Shown: positions 6,713 through 15,473, counted from the stretch's first letter. The stretch: DNA of 28,740 bases from Phycisphaerae bacterium (GCA_050184295.1 JBFXAM010000055.1:1-28740); one strand, 5' to 3'. Made by a program: numbers and translations. Notes: generated from the letters alone by a model not told the origin.

Positions 6713-9700
6713 CTATGGCCCGCCGCCCGCCGCCCGCCGCAATCCTCGGCGCAGCTCCTCCCAGACAACCGGATCGGTGTTTCCGGGGAACTCCACGACC
6801 GGCAGAAAGCTCACGGGCCGCGCCGGGCGTGCGCCGGCCCGCTGCGCGAGTTCCGTCCCGACCACCGCCATGAAGTAGCCCTCCGCGTGGCCGGACTTCG
6901 CCGCCGCTTCGCGCGCCAACTCCAACCACCCCATGTCCTGCTGAAGCCGCCGAACCAGCTTCAGCCGCACCGACGCCAGCGGCCGCAGCGGAGCGCCGTC
7001 GGCGCGCGGCGGATAGAGCAGCGCGCCGGTGTCGGCCTTCTCCCACGCGGTCGGCTTGCCGAGCGACTCCGTGAACTGCACGCCGCGCGCTCCCGCGAGG
7101 CGCGACGCCCAGCCCCACTTGAGCAGCGCGGCGAAGCCCAGCTCGGGCTCGACCGCGCCGCCGTAGGTCCACACTTCGCCGAAGCGCTGCGGGTTGGCGG
7201 TGATGGTGTAGCTCTTTTGAAAGAACGCGCTGTTGAGCAGCGAGAGCTGCACGAGCCCGTCGAGCGTGTCGCGCTGCAGCTCGGGCGCCGCGAGGTCGGC
7301 GCGGACTCGCAGCGGCGCGTCGGACCCCGCGAGCGCCTCGCGATAGGCGCCGAGCCAATACGCGAGCGCCTGGAAATCGTCATACACCTCCGGCTGGCCG
7401 AGCATCCACCAGGTGCTGCGCTCGCCGGCCGCGGCCCGGTTCACCAGGAGCATCTGGAAATCGGTGCGCCGCCAGTTCCGCTCGCGGATGTGGGCGGCGA
7501 AGTCGCGCACCGTCTGCTGGATCGCGGCGCGGTACTCGGGCGCGAGCGCGTCCTCGATCGGCCAGACCATGTACGAATCCATCGTCGGGTTGGCCGGGCC
7601 GGGCGTGCGGACCTCGGTGCGCGTCGCGCGATAGTGATACTTCCGCGCCAGCGGCGCGTTCGCAGCGGCGCGGTGGTACCGCAGCAGCGCCGGCCAGTTC
7701 TCGTGGATGGGCAGATAGAACTGCGCCAGCGGCACAGCCTCGCGCGGCAGGTCGCGAAACGCGTCGCCGTTGAAGTAGCGCGCGAAGCGCTCGTCCCACG
7801 CGCTCCAGTCGAAACGCGGCGCGCCGTCGACGATGGTCATGTCCGGCGCGAAGCCGTCATAGATCGTGCCATCGGAGCGATAGGGGACCACCGCCAGCGT
7901 CGCGCGGTGCTGCTGCGTCAGTCGATAGCACGCGTCGAGCAGCTCCCACGAATCCGGCGAACCGTCCTCGAAGCCCCACCGCGGACCCGGCGGCGCATAG
8001 GCCGTCAACGTCGCCGCGAATGGCGTCTCATTGGGCAGCGTCGCCGGCGTCACCGTCAGTTCGACCGGCAGGTCCAGCTCCGCAGCCCCGTCGCGCGTCA
8101 CGATCAGCCGACAACGCCACACGCCCCGTTCCGCGCTTGCGGGTACCGTGATTTCCGTCCAGATCGCCTGCACGACGCCGCGCGGTGCGGGCTGCGTCGC
8201 GGCCGGCGCTGTGGCGGCCGGGTCGTCGGGCGCGGCTGCCTCGTCGGGCGGGCCGGCGATCGGCTGCGTCGCGGTGAGCGGAAGCAGGTCGAGCACGAGC
8301 GGCGCGCCGGATTCGATCGGCGTCAGCCCGTCGGGTGCGTACTTGTCGCGTCCCAGGCGGCTCTGCGAATAGTGCTGACGATAGAACTGCACGCGCGGCT
8401 GCGGGGCGGCGGCGCCCGGCGACTGCCACTCGGCGAACATGACGCGATACGCGCCCGGACCGCCGGAGAGCACGACCTGGAAACTCACGACTTCCTTGCG
8501 GGCGGCCTCCAGGGTGATCGGTCCGCGCGTCGGATGCCACCAGCACTTCCGAGCCGTGCGAATCCAGCGCCCGTCGAGACTCAATGACGCCGAGTCGTCC
8601 ATGGTGAACGAACTCGTCCACGTCTGCGGCAGATCGAAACGCTCCAGCGTGGGGAAGTCGATCTTCGGGTTCGACGTCACTGGCGGCGGCAGTTCGACGC
8701 ACACGGGCACGGACCACACGCCGCCGCTCTCGATCGCGCGCGCCGCGACAAACCGATGCCGTGCGGTGCGGTGCATCGTCAGCACCGCCGCGGACGCGTC
8801 GCCGCGACGCACGGGGGGCGACGGCAGCGCCCAGATCGGCAGCTTCGTCGCGCTCGCGAGGTCGGCGGCGCCGCGGATTTCGCGCTCGCTCAGAAACACC
8901 TCGACGCCCAGCGCACCCGGCGCACGCCAACGAACCCATTCGAGCCCGAGCGTGTCGCGCGACGCTGACACCTCGGTCGGCGCGGCGGAAGCGTGAGCCG
9001 CGGCGCGCCGCGCTTCCACCACCAGCTCCGGCGGATCGTCGGACTCGCGCGAGAACACCGCCGGCTGCGTCTGCCCGCGGCCGAAGTCGTCCGCGAGCGC
9101 CAGCCCGCCGAGCTGTACGCGCTGCACCAGCGCCTGCACCAGCGCCGGCGGAACGTCGATCTCGTACCAGAGCGACTTCGCGTCGAAGCGCGGCACGACC
9201 GCGGCCCAGTGCGAGCCGCCGTTGCCGAACACCGCGTCGGTCACGTCGCTGCCGACGTACGCCCACGCCCGAGCCTTGTCCGGCTCGGGTGCGTATGCGG
9301 CGTAGCTGAAGCACGCGCTGCCGGGCTGCGGCTTGCGCTCGGCGCCGGTTCCTTCGACCCATTCCGTGGCGATCGTGCTCACGCCGACGCGCACGAGCAG
9401 CTCGTTCGAGCGCCGCACGCGGAGCACGGCGCGGGTGACTTCCCATTCGGGCGCGGCGTCGGAGTCTCCCGCGCGGCGCAGCGCGCTGAGATCGAACTGA
9501 AAGAGTCCGAAGCTGGCGCCGCCGAGAACGTCGATTCGGTCGCCCCCGCCGTTGTTCACGTCGCGGCCGTTGGGCAGGGCGCTGAACACGGCGGTGTCGG
9601 CCGTCACGGGACAGGTGAACAGCTCGTGACCGGGCTGTGTCGCGGTCAGGCTCGGTGGCGGGCGTGTGGAGCCTGGAAAGTCCGCGCCCGGCGGTGTGCC

Positions 9701-9955
9701 GGACGGTCGGTCGGGGAGGATCGCGGGGCGCGTGGCAGGGCCGCGGCGCACCGGCTCGTCGAGCGTCGGCTGCGCATGGCTGCGTGCTGCGGCGCCCACG
9801 ACGAAGATCGCCGCGACGCACGCCGCGAAACGCGCGGACGGGCGCACGACGAGAGTCACGCCCGGACGCGCGGCGCCGCCGCTTCCGGCGGCATCCGGGA
9901 ACACGTCACGCCACGATTTCGCCCGCGCCGCTCCACCGTCGCCCGACTGGATCAT
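6713..9955 (-). CDS. Large secreted protein (about 1080 aa) with a DNRLRE-like module; possible carbohydrate-active enzyme
   Basis: ORF 6713..10108(-). The first ATG is 9955 (MIQSGDGG...). In-frame GTGs at 9859 and 9847 would give a classical signal peptide (V/M-RPSARFAACVAAIFVVGAAARSHA). The motif FGLFQFDLSAL...VTRAVLRVRR resembles the DNRLRE carbohydrate-binding-like module. The long Trp/Tyr-rich remainder has no family I can name. The composition is coding-like throughout. Confidence 0.7.
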   Translation of the reverse strand: MIQSGDGGAARAKSWRDVFPDAAGSGGAARPGVTLVVRPSARFAACVAAIFVVGAAARSHAQPTLDEPVRRGPATRPAILPDRPSGTPPGADFPGSTRPPPSLTATQPGHELFTCPVTADTAVFSALPNGRDVNNGGGDRIDVLGGASFGLFQFDLSALRRAGDSDAAPEWEVTRAVLRVRRSNELLVRVGVSTIATEWVEGTGAERKPQPGSACFSYAAYAPEPDKARAWAYVGSDVTDAVFGNGGSHWAAVVPRFDAKSLWYEIDVPPALVQALVQRVQLGGLALADDFGRGQTQPAVFSRESDDPPELVVEARRAAAHASAAPTEVSASRDTLGLEWVRWRAPGALGVEVFLSEREIRGAADLASATKLPIWALPSPPVRRGDASAAVLTMHRTARHRFVAARAIESGGVWSVPVCVELPPPVTSNPKIDFPTLERFDLPQTWTSSFTMDDSASLSLDGRWIRTARKCWWHPTRGPITLEAARKEVVSFQVVLSGGPGAYRVMFAEWQSPGAAAPQPRVQFYRQHYSQSRLGRDKYAPDGLTPIESGAPLVLDLLPLTATQPIAGPPDEAAAPDDPAATAPAATQPAPRGVVQAIWTEITVPASAERGVWRCRLIVTRDGAAELDLPVELTVTPATLPNETPFAATLTAYAPPGPRWGFEDGSPDSWELLDACYRLTQQHRATLAVVPYRSDGTIYDGFAPDMTIVDGAPRFDWSAWDERFARYFNGDAFRDLPREAVPLAQFYLPIHENWPALLRYHRAAANAPLARKYHYRATRTEVRTPGPANPTMDSYMVWPIEDALAPEYRAAIQQTVRDFAAHIRERNWRRTDFQMLLVNRAAAGERSTWWMLGQPEVYDDFQALAYWLGAYREALAGSDAPLRVRADLAAPELQRDTLDGLVQLSLLNSAFFQKSYTITANPQRFGEVWTYGGAVEPELGFAALLKWGWASRLAGARGVQFTESLGKPTAWEKADTGALLYPPRADGAPLRPLASVRLKLVRRLQQDMGWLELAREAAAKSGHAEGYFMAVVGTELAQRAGARPARPVSFLPVVEFPGNTDPVVWEELRRGLRRAAGGGP

Positions 9956-10311
9956 CGTTCTCACTCGCTTCGCCGCTCCAGGCCTGGACCCGCGAGCAAG
10001 TGTACGCGTGGCGGTCCAGTGCAACCAAGTGTGCGGCGCCGCGCGTGCGATCCATGCCGTCTGTGGAAGCGCGGAGCGCCGCCGAGTCGGGGCGCCTCTC
10101 CGACGCACGTCGTGGACAGCGCGTCGCGCTCGCGCTGGGGGCTGGGATCGGTCGGGGGCGCGGTGTAGCCGGGCGGAAACGGCGGCGGCGGCCCGACGGT
10201 CGTCGCTTCGCGCGTGAGGGGTCCGCGCTTCGCACGATCGCCGCGGCCGCCGGCCGCCTTGCTGGGTTCTTCCGCTGCGAGCGCGCGTGGGTCAGTCAGG
10301 CACGCGCGTCG

Positions 10312-11442
10312 TCAGCAGTTCTGTTGCACCTCCTTTCGAATCAGGCTGCCAAACTGACCCATCAGGTCGCCGGGGCCAAGGACGAAAGTCGCCTTGGCGT
10401 TTCCGAGCACGTCCTGAATCACCTCAAGCTCCTTCAGCCGCGCGAGCGCCGGGTTCTCCGCCAGCAGCCGGGCGGTGTTCGCCTGGTTGCGGATGGCGGC
10501 GGTCTCCTCGCGCCGCTTGATCAGGTTCGCCTGGGCCTGCTTCTCGGCCGCGATGACCTGGTTGAAGAGCTCCTTCATGTCGCCCGGCAGAATGACGTCG
10601 CGCAGTCCGATGCTGCGGAGCGCGACGCCGAACTCCGCCGCCCGCCGCGCGAGCCCGTCGCGCAGCTCGCGTCCGACGCTGTCCTTGTCGGCGAGCAGCG
10701 CGTCGAGCGTCCGCACACCAATTACGCCGCGCAGCACGAGCTGCGCCTCGCGATAGACGGCCTGTCCGACGTCGCCGACGGCGTTGACCGCAGTCAGCGC
10801 GTCGGCGATCTGCCAGCCGACGAGCAGGTTGATGCGCAGCGTGACCTTGTCGCTGGTCATCACGTCCTGGCCGTTGATGTCGCAGAGCTGCTCGCGCCGG
10901 TCGAGCTTGCGATGCGACAGCTTGCTGCCGGTCTTCCAGTAGACATACCGGCCTTCGCGCAGCACCTCGACGAGCACGCCGTCGCGGTAGACCAGGGCTT
11001 CCTCGTTCGCGCCGACGTCGATCATCTCGAAATACGGCGCGACGCCGGGCAGGGTCAGCAGCGCGTCGCGCTGCGGATGCTCGAAGCGGCCCGCGCCCGC
11101 GACGAACTTCTCGACGTGCAGCCGATGCGCGGTCCGCCAGAACGCGTGGCGGCCCGGTCCGAGCACGCACGCGAGCCGGTCGTCCTTCCAGACCAGCGCC
11201 CGCTCGCCGTCGCCGAGCGCGACGACGAGCAATGCGCGCTCGGCGTCGGCGTGTGCGACGATCACGTCGAGCAGCGGGTGGATGAGGCGCGGCTCCAGCG
11301 TGCTCATGACCTCGACCTGGTCGCGCTTGCTGAACAGCCGGGTCCAGAAGCGGTACTTGCCGGGCGCGAGGATGCGCCGGAAGTCCCCGTGACGGAACCA
11401 CAGGCCGCGCTCATGAAGCTTGATTCGAACCGTGATCGACAT
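10312..11442 (-). CDS. SPFH/band-7 (slipin-like) domain protein with an N-terminal duplicated ~60-aa repeat, 376 aa
   Basis: ORF 10312..11493(-) trimmed to ATG 11442, preceded by GGAGG with a 6-nt spacer. The C-terminal ~210 aa form an SPFH domain (VTLRINLLVGWQIAD...GVRTLDALLADKDSVGRELRDGL...LRDVILPGDMKELFNQVIAAEKQAQANLIKRREETAA...ATFVLG). The N-terminus has two copies of a G(x)YxFW/ALV(W/Y)(K/R)D(D/G) repeat. No TM helix is present. Confidence 0.8.
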   Translation of the reverse strand: MSITVRIKLHERGLWFRHGDFRRILAPGKYRFWTRLFSKRDQVEVMSTLEPRLIHPLLDVIVAHADAERALLVVALGDGERALVWKDDRLACVLGPGRHAFWRTAHRLHVEKFVAGAGRFEHPQRDALLTLPGVAPYFEMIDVGANEEALVYRDGVLVEVLREGRYVYWKTGSKLSHRKLDRREQLCDINGQDVMTSDKVTLRINLLVGWQIADALTAVNAVGDVGQAVYREAQLVLRGVIGVRTLDALLADKDSVGRELRDGLARRAAEFGVALRSIGLRDVILPGDMKELFNQVIAAEKQAQANLIKRREETAAIRNQANTARLLAENPALARLKELEVIQDVLGNAKATFVLGPGDLMGQFGSLIRKEVQQNC

Positions 11443-11521
11443 CGTTTTCCTCCGTACTTCCAGTACGGCGCGGCCGGGCCGCACTGGGCACATTCATGTT
11501 CTCGGAGCTTCGCTCCGAACC
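11443..11521 (-). promoter_or_regulatory. Structured 5' leader of the SPFH gene: two hairpins, the second pairing with part of the Shine-Dalgarno sequence
   Basis: Minus-strand RNA: GUUCGGAGCGAAGCUCCGAGAAC forms a long hairpin. CCGUACUGGAAGUACGG forms a 7-bp stem with a 3-nt loop. It is immediately followed by AGGAAAACG-AUG, so GGAGG overlaps the 3' arm of that stem. Confidence 0.35.
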
Positions 11522-11818
11522 CAACACAACAGTTAGACAACACCGACGCGACCGGGCGCCGCGGCGAGTCGTTCCGGCAATAAACGCCGGGGAGAGGATG
11601 ACGCCCGCGAGATCGGCTGCGACAGATCCGCAGCGGGAGCGTTGCGGAACCCTGCGCTGGAGCGGTACTCGGGGGTCCGCCCGCGCCCCCCCGCGCGGCG
11701 CGGACCCGTTTCCCGTCACATTGCGTATCGTTCACGCTGAGCTCACAGGGCCGCGGCCCGTCGCCGACGCGTCGAAACCCATTCCTGCGGATCGTGCTTC
11801 GACCGCCGGGCGCCGCCT

Positions 11819-11931
11819 CGCAAAGCTCATCCTCTCCTTCCGGCTCGAACTGGCATCCAACCAGGTGCCCTAATGGGGGGCATGGGGAATCGAACCCCGG
11901 AGTTCCCTTGATGGGGGAACGGCGGCTTTGC
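11819..11931. other. Cluster of four adjacent hairpins with 7-nt loops, enclosed by the inverted repeat GCAAAGC/GCTTTGC; one hairpin is tRNA T-arm-like
   Basis: Plus-strand coordinates: CTGG-CATCCAA-CCAG (11850-11864); TGCCC-TAATGGG-GGGCA (11866-11882); GGGG-AATCGAA-CCCC (11884-11898), whose reverse complement GGGGUUCGAUUCCCC looks like a tRNA T-arm; and GTTCCC-TTGATGG-GGGAAC (11902-11920). The flanking inverted repeat is cgcaaagc (11819-11826) and gctttgc (11925-11931). The element lies inside a 1.15-kb non-coding region. No complete cloverleaf can be drawn. Confidence 0.4.
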
Positions 11932-12154
11932 CGGCCGGTTACACGCTGTGGCCGGAACACACGTCGACAAGTCGCGTGGACGTCGAGTGCGCCGCCAGCA
12001 CGGCGTCGGTAAAACCCAAGTCCATTCACGCGCGATCGACGCGAGGTCGACTCGCGCTCGCCACAGGCGCGGCCCTCGCAATCCGCCACGCCAGTGGTCG
12101 GGCGCGGTGCGCGCACCGGTTGCACCGGAGCGGCAGCAATCGCTCGCGAGTCCA

Positions 12155-12186
12155 ACAAAAAACCCCGCGGGGGGTGACCCGCGGGG
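12155..12186 (-). terminator. Rho-independent terminator on the minus strand
   Basis: A 9-bp perfect GC stem (CCCCGCGGG / CCCGCGGGG, 12163-12171 and 12178-12186) with a 6-nt loop. On the minus strand it is followed by UUUUUUGUUGG (plus-strand A-run 12157-12162). It lies about 450 nt downstream of the uvrC stop. Confidence 0.65.
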
Positions 12187-12633
12187 CTTCGAAGTTTCAT
12201 CGAAGTCCGACGATCACCCGGGAGGTGCGTTGGAATTACCGATGGACGCGGCCGTCAACGACGGCAGTATGAACGGGCATACAACGCGCCCGTACACACT
12301 TTGCCATCGGACGTGCCGATCGCATAGTTCCATGTGTTTCGTCGGTTTTGCGAACACGATGTTTGATTCCTTAATCCGCCGACACGCGCGGAGGCGCTCG
12401 GCATACGACGCAGAAACGACCGCTCGGCCGTCTGTGGTGAGAAGTATACAACAGGATGCAGCCGAGTCAAGAAATTCGCGGAATATCGCGTCGCCCGGCG
12501 GGCACAACCACGCCGCGGCGCCGGCGAAATCATGCCCCAATCGCCGGCGCGCGGGTTGGGGCCCGGCCCGTGCGGCTCCTGTCGAAGGCGCGCGCCAAAT
12601 TCCGGGGGGCGCACGCACCCTTCGCGAACGCGC

Positions 12634-14139
12634 CTACTCCTCCAACTCGACGTCGGGAAGCTGCGACGCGTCCGCATCCGAAATCGGCGGCGCGTCCTCG
12701 GCGGGATCGGAGCCCGCAGCGCCGGTGGTCCTCCCGCGCCGCCGCGCCGGCGGCCGTTTGCCGGTGCGGACTTCCTCCTCGAACGTTCGTTTGCGGCGCA
12801 GAATCTTGTGATAGTGCTGGCCGAAGCGGTGGGCCTCGTCGCGAATCTGCTGTAACAGGCGCAGCGCCTCGTTGTGTCGCGCCAATCTCAGCGGTGCCGA
12901 CTTCGCCTGCGCATAGATGATCTCCTCGCGCTTCGCGAGCGAGACGACCATCGGCGGCGTGACGGCGCGCCCGCCGTCCGCCTCGATGCCGCGCCGCATG
13001 CGCTCGAATGCGTCGAGCGCGGCGTGGAGCTGCCCGAGGCCGCCGTCGATCAGAATGACGTCGGGGTAGAGCTCCTCCGCAACCGCGGCGTGCCTGTAAC
13101 GCCGGGCGATCACCTCGCGGATCATCGCGTAGTCGTCGACGCCCGCGACGGTCTTGATCCGAAACCGCCGATAGCCGCCCTTGAACGGCTTGCCGTCAAT
13201 GAAGCAGACGAGCGACCCGACCGAGTCGTCGCCGTGCAGCGTGGCGATGTCGATGCCTTCGAGAATTCGCGGCGGGGCAGGCAGCTCGAGCAGCTTCTGG
13301 AGCTTTTCGAGCCCGGCCCGCGGATCGATGAAGAACACCTCGGGCTGGACGTCCTCGGCCACGTCGCCGCTCAGCGACAAGGACTGAATCGCCTGGATGC
13401 GGTCGCGGAGGACGGCGGCGTCCTCGAAGCGCCGTTCGCGGGCCGCGGTCTCCATCTCGTGCGTCATTTGTCGCAGCAGCGTGCTGCGCTTGCTGTGAAG
13501 CAGCTTGATCAGGCGCTGGATGTCCTCGAGGTATTTCTCGCGCGGGATCAGGTCGGCGCAGGGCGCCGTGCACTGGTTGATCGCGTGCAACAGGCACGGA
13601 CGGAAGAACCGCCGCTGCGGATCGTCGGCGCGAATCTCGAGCTCGCACGTGCGATACTTGAACACGCGCTGCAAGGCGTTGACCGCGTCGCGCACGCCGG
13701 CCGGGTTGGTAAACGGCCCGAACAGCTTGCTGCCGCGGACGCGCGGCGCGCGAGTGACGTACACGCCGGGAAAGTCGTCGCCGGTCGTGATCTCCAGATA
13801 CGGAAAGCTCTTGTCGTCCTTGAGCCGATCGTTGAAGGGCGGCTGGATGTCCTTGATGAGCCGGTTTTCGGTCAGTAACGCGTCGACCTCGGTCTCGCAA
13901 TCAAGAAAGTCGATGTCCGCGGCGAGGCTCGCCATGTGCGCGATTTCGGGGCCGCGGGTCGTGAGCAGGTCGGCCGAGTCCTGGAAGTAGCTCGCCACGC
14001 GCGGGCGCAGCTCGCGCGCTTTGCCCACGTAAAGCACGCGCCCGTCCGCGTCCTTCAAGAGGTAAACGCCCGGCGAGCGCGGCAGGAGCGCGATCTTGTC
14101 GCGGAGCTTCTCGATTCGCTCGTCGGGCGTGCTCGCCAT
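12634..14139 (-). CDS. uvrC: Excinuclease ABC subunit C (UvrC) lacking the C-terminal (HhH)2 domain, 501 aa
   Basis: A GIY-YIG nuclease domain is present (GVYLLKDADGRVLYVGKARELRPRVASYF). So are a UVR domain (RRFEDAAVLRDRIQAIQSL) and a UvrC RNaseH-like endonuclease domain (ILEGIDIATLHGDDSVGSLVCFIDGKPFKGGYRRFRIK; YPDVILIDGGLGQL). The protein ends in a charged low-complexity tail (KILRRKRTFEEEVRTGKRPPARRRGRTTGAAGSDPAEDAPPISDADASQLPDVELEE) where helix-hairpin-helix motifs would normally sit. Confidence 0.85.
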   Translation of the reverse strand: MASTPDERIEKLRDKIALLPRSPGVYLLKDADGRVLYVGKARELRPRVASYFQDSADLLTTRGPEIAHMASLAADIDFLDCETEVDALLTENRLIKDIQPPFNDRLKDDKSFPYLEITTGDDFPGVYVTRAPRVRGSKLFGPFTNPAGVRDAVNALQRVFKYRTCELEIRADDPQRRFFRPCLLHAINQCTAPCADLIPREKYLEDIQRLIKLLHSKRSTLLRQMTHEMETAARERRFEDAAVLRDRIQAIQSLSLSGDVAEDVQPEVFFIDPRAGLEKLQKLLELPAPPRILEGIDIATLHGDDSVGSLVCFIDGKPFKGGYRRFRIKTVAGVDDYAMIREVIARRYRHAAVAEELYPDVILIDGGLGQLHAALDAFERMRRGIEADGGRAVTPPMVVSLAKREEIIYAQAKSAPLRLARHNEALRLLQQIRDEAHRFGQHYHKILRRKRTFEEEVRTGKRPPARRRGRTTGAAGSDPAEDAPPISDADASQLPDVELEE

Positions 14140-14147
14140 GGCGGGCG

Positions 14148-14153
14148 ATTATA
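14148..14153 (-). promoter_or_regulatory. Perfect TATAAT hexamer 8 nt upstream of the uvrC ATG with no Shine-Dalgarno sequence; possible leaderless or near-leaderless transcript
   Basis: The minus strand reads cgcgcTATAATcgcccgccATGGCGAGC. No convincing -35 lies at 17-bp spacing (TTCAAA is 20 nt upstream). Confidence 0.3.
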
Positions 14154-14208
14154 GCGCGCCGACGTGCGCTCGCTTTGAATGGCGGATCGCCGAGTTTGGA
14201 ACGCGGAA

Positions 14209-15141
14209 CTACTCCTCCGCGCCCACGATCTTGCCCGGCGCGCCCACGACCTCCGTCGTCGCCATCACATCGAGGATGCCGTTGATCTCCGCGCGGAAGA
14301 ACCACAGGCACGGGATGTTCGGAATCCGCATGACTTCCTTGCGATCCTGGTCGATCACCACGAGGTGCCCGGCCCCGAACAGCGCGATCATCTCGAGCAG
14401 GTCGGGCCAGTCGAGCCGCACCCGGTTGGAGTAGAGCGGCAGGTTCTCGCTGGCGCGCAGCATCCGGCGGTGCGTCACTTCGCGCGAGCTGATCTCGTGC
14501 CGTCCGTCGAAGAGCGAGTGCACGACGACGACCGCCAGCAGGATCAGCAGCAGTTCACAGAGGGCGCGCACGGTCCCGCCGTCGATCGCCACGCCCAGCG
14601 AGCTGAAATGACCGTACAGCCAGCCCAGGACGGGAAGCTGGAACCGCGCGTTGAGCAGGGCCCCGAGCGTCAGGATCAGGGCCGCGACCAGAATCCACAC
14701 CAGCCCCGTGTCGCGGCTGATGTCCGAGCCCATCACGATCAGCACAAACACGATCGTGAACAACCAGATCCACCCCAGCACCCCGGGATCCCCCCAGCCC
14801 AGCCAATGGAGCCCCAAGAGGAAGTACCCCACGACGACGATCGGCCACACGTAGATCAGGCTCGAAAAACTCGTGAAAGTCACTACCTGTGAGCCTTGCT
14901 TTACGCCCACCCGCACGACCATCAGCCGCGCCAGCCACAGCAGCGGCATCAGCGGATAGCGCAGCAGGTTGCCGATTGCCGCGAGCGCACCGCCGCCCGC
15001 CGGCGCGGCGGCGCGGCGCGCTCCGGACGACCAAGGCGCGCCCGGCTGCGGCGCACTGGACGCCGGCGCCGCCGGAGGGCCGCCGCCCGCATCGGCCGTC
15101 GGTTTCTCGAAATCAGCACGCTCGGGCGAAGTGCCTGACAT
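14209..15141 (-). CDS. Integral membrane protein (4 predicted TM helices) with a C-terminal soluble domain of ~100 aa, possibly bacterial PH-like; 310 aa
   Basis: ORF 14209..15432(-) trimmed to ATG 15141, preceded by AAAGGA with a 5-nt spacer. The TM helices are LIYVWPIVVVGYFLLGLHWLGWG, VLGWIWLFTIVFVLIVMGSDI, LVWILVAALILTLGALLNARF and LLLILLAVVVVHSLF. The C-terminal domain includes LFGAGHLVVIDQDRKEVMRIPNIPCLWFFRAEINGILDV. The N-terminus is an Ala/Pro/Gly-rich cytoplasmic segment. Confidence 0.65.
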   Translation of the reverse strand: MSGTSPERADFEKPTADAGGGPPAAPASSAPQPGAPWSSGARRAAAPAGGGALAAIGNLLRYPLMPLLWLARLMVVRVGVKQGSQVVTFTSFSSLIYVWPIVVVGYFLLGLHWLGWGDPGVLGWIWLFTIVFVLIVMGSDISRDTGLVWILVAALILTLGALLNARFQLPVLGWLYGHFSSLGVAIDGGTVRALCELLLILLAVVVVHSLFDGRHEISSREVTHRRMLRASENLPLYSNRVRLDWPDLLEMIALFGAGHLVVIDQDRKEVMRIPNIPCLWFFRAEINGILDVMATTEVVGAPGKIVGAEE

Positions 15142-15473
15142 GGCGGTCCTTTCATGTGCACAACCCGGTGCAGCACGCATGTCGCGCGGCCACGACCCGC
15201 CCGCGGCGTACCGGCCCCGGTCGAACAGCGTCTGCGCACTATGCAATCCCGCTCCAGCGTCGGCGATGATAACTCGCCGCCGACTTTTGAACAGCCACGG
15301 GCCGCTGGCCCGCTGCACACCCGACGCCGCTGGCCGTACGCGGGCGGGCGCTTCGGGCGTGAAGAAAACCGCAGGCCGACGGGTTCGCCGCCGGCCTGCG
15401 CGAGAGTTCCGAACTTCGACGATCGCAAACACGCCACGGGCGAATCACCCGCGACGCTTCGGACCGATCATCC

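Noticed and set aside
11850-11935. A genuine tRNA or tmRNA gene built around the T-arm-like GGGGUUCGAUUCCCC
   Set aside because: No 7-bp acceptor stem can be paired (the 3' strand UGCCCCC has no GGGGGCA partner). The anticodon-like loop has C at position 33 on the minus strand. No D-arm is present. On the plus strand the spacing between stems is wrong. No tmRNA tag-peptide reading frame (..LAA-stop) or conserved GGAUUCGAC box is present.
11304-12811. ORFs 11304..12200(-), 11948..12811(+) and 12214..12677(-) as protein-coding genes in the non-coding island
   Set aside because: They have extreme Arg/Pro/Gly bias and no start context. They overlap the SPFH gene or span the intrinsic terminator hairpin. 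They also include the low-GC stretch, which has non-coding character.
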